A DNA stretch of 51,032 nucleotides from Octopus sinensis (Eukaryota), in the NCBI RefSeq assembly GCF_006345805.1, contig NW_021832731.1, positions 1-51,032 on the forward strand. The letters are read 5' to 3'. Below are positions 50,895 through 51,032 of the stretch, one piece after another. Every line of letters starts with the position of its first letter. The first letter of the stretch is position 1. A model generated the notes under the pieces. The model had not been told where the DNA came from and did not search any database. It saw only the letters and a program-made list of their open reading frames with translations. Position numbers and translations under genes: made by a program.

Positions 50895-51032
50895 ATCGTT
50901 AGCCACTACACACATTTTTTACTCTCCTTTCTCTCCTTATTTTTTCTGTGTACCTTTCTGTAGAAGAGCGTCGGCTCGAAACGTAAAAGACTTTTTCTAT
51001 TCCTGAGCGCTATACTAATACATCTGTTTGTT
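50895..51032 (+). mobile_element. Short repeat with hammerhead-like motif, copy 2 (cut by window edge)
   Basis: CTTT-CTGTAGA-A-GAGC(gtcg)GCTC-GAAA-CG-TA-AAAG at 50954-50989. Confidence 0.6.

Overview
Eukaryotic, AT-rich, extremely microsatellite-dense DNA. The repeat families resemble those of octopus/coleoid cephalopods, which is an inference from recall and not a database match. I found no convincing host protein-coding gene, rRNA, tRNA gene or CRISPR array, and almost all supplied ORFs are translations of simple repeats. The window is a mosaic of decayed mobile elements. DNA transposons: four Tc1/mariner-superfamily relics (maT-like, an internally deleted mariner, a mariner MITE with ~105-bp TIRs, Tc1) and a Helentron-associated (HINE-like) element. 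LINE-type relics: two restriction-like-endonuclease (R4/Dong-type) elements plus RTE-, CR1/L2- and Tx1-like fragments. SINEs: about 25-30 copies of at least three tRNA-headed families. The most notable observations are: (1) a duplicated repeat with a conserved minimal type-I hammerhead-like fold and a non-canonical core at 50.4 and 50.95 kb, plus weaker hammerhead-like relics elsewhere; (2) a ~195-bp-arm, ~95%-identical inverted repeat at 6062-6551; (3) an (ATT)n/(TAA)n 'landing-pad' association of a Dong-like LINE, a candidate non-autonomous partner and a dimeric SINE; (4) two retroelement 3'UTR copies differing by 14 transitions and no transversions; (5) strong strand bias of one SINE family. 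All coordinates, alignments and counts were made by eye.
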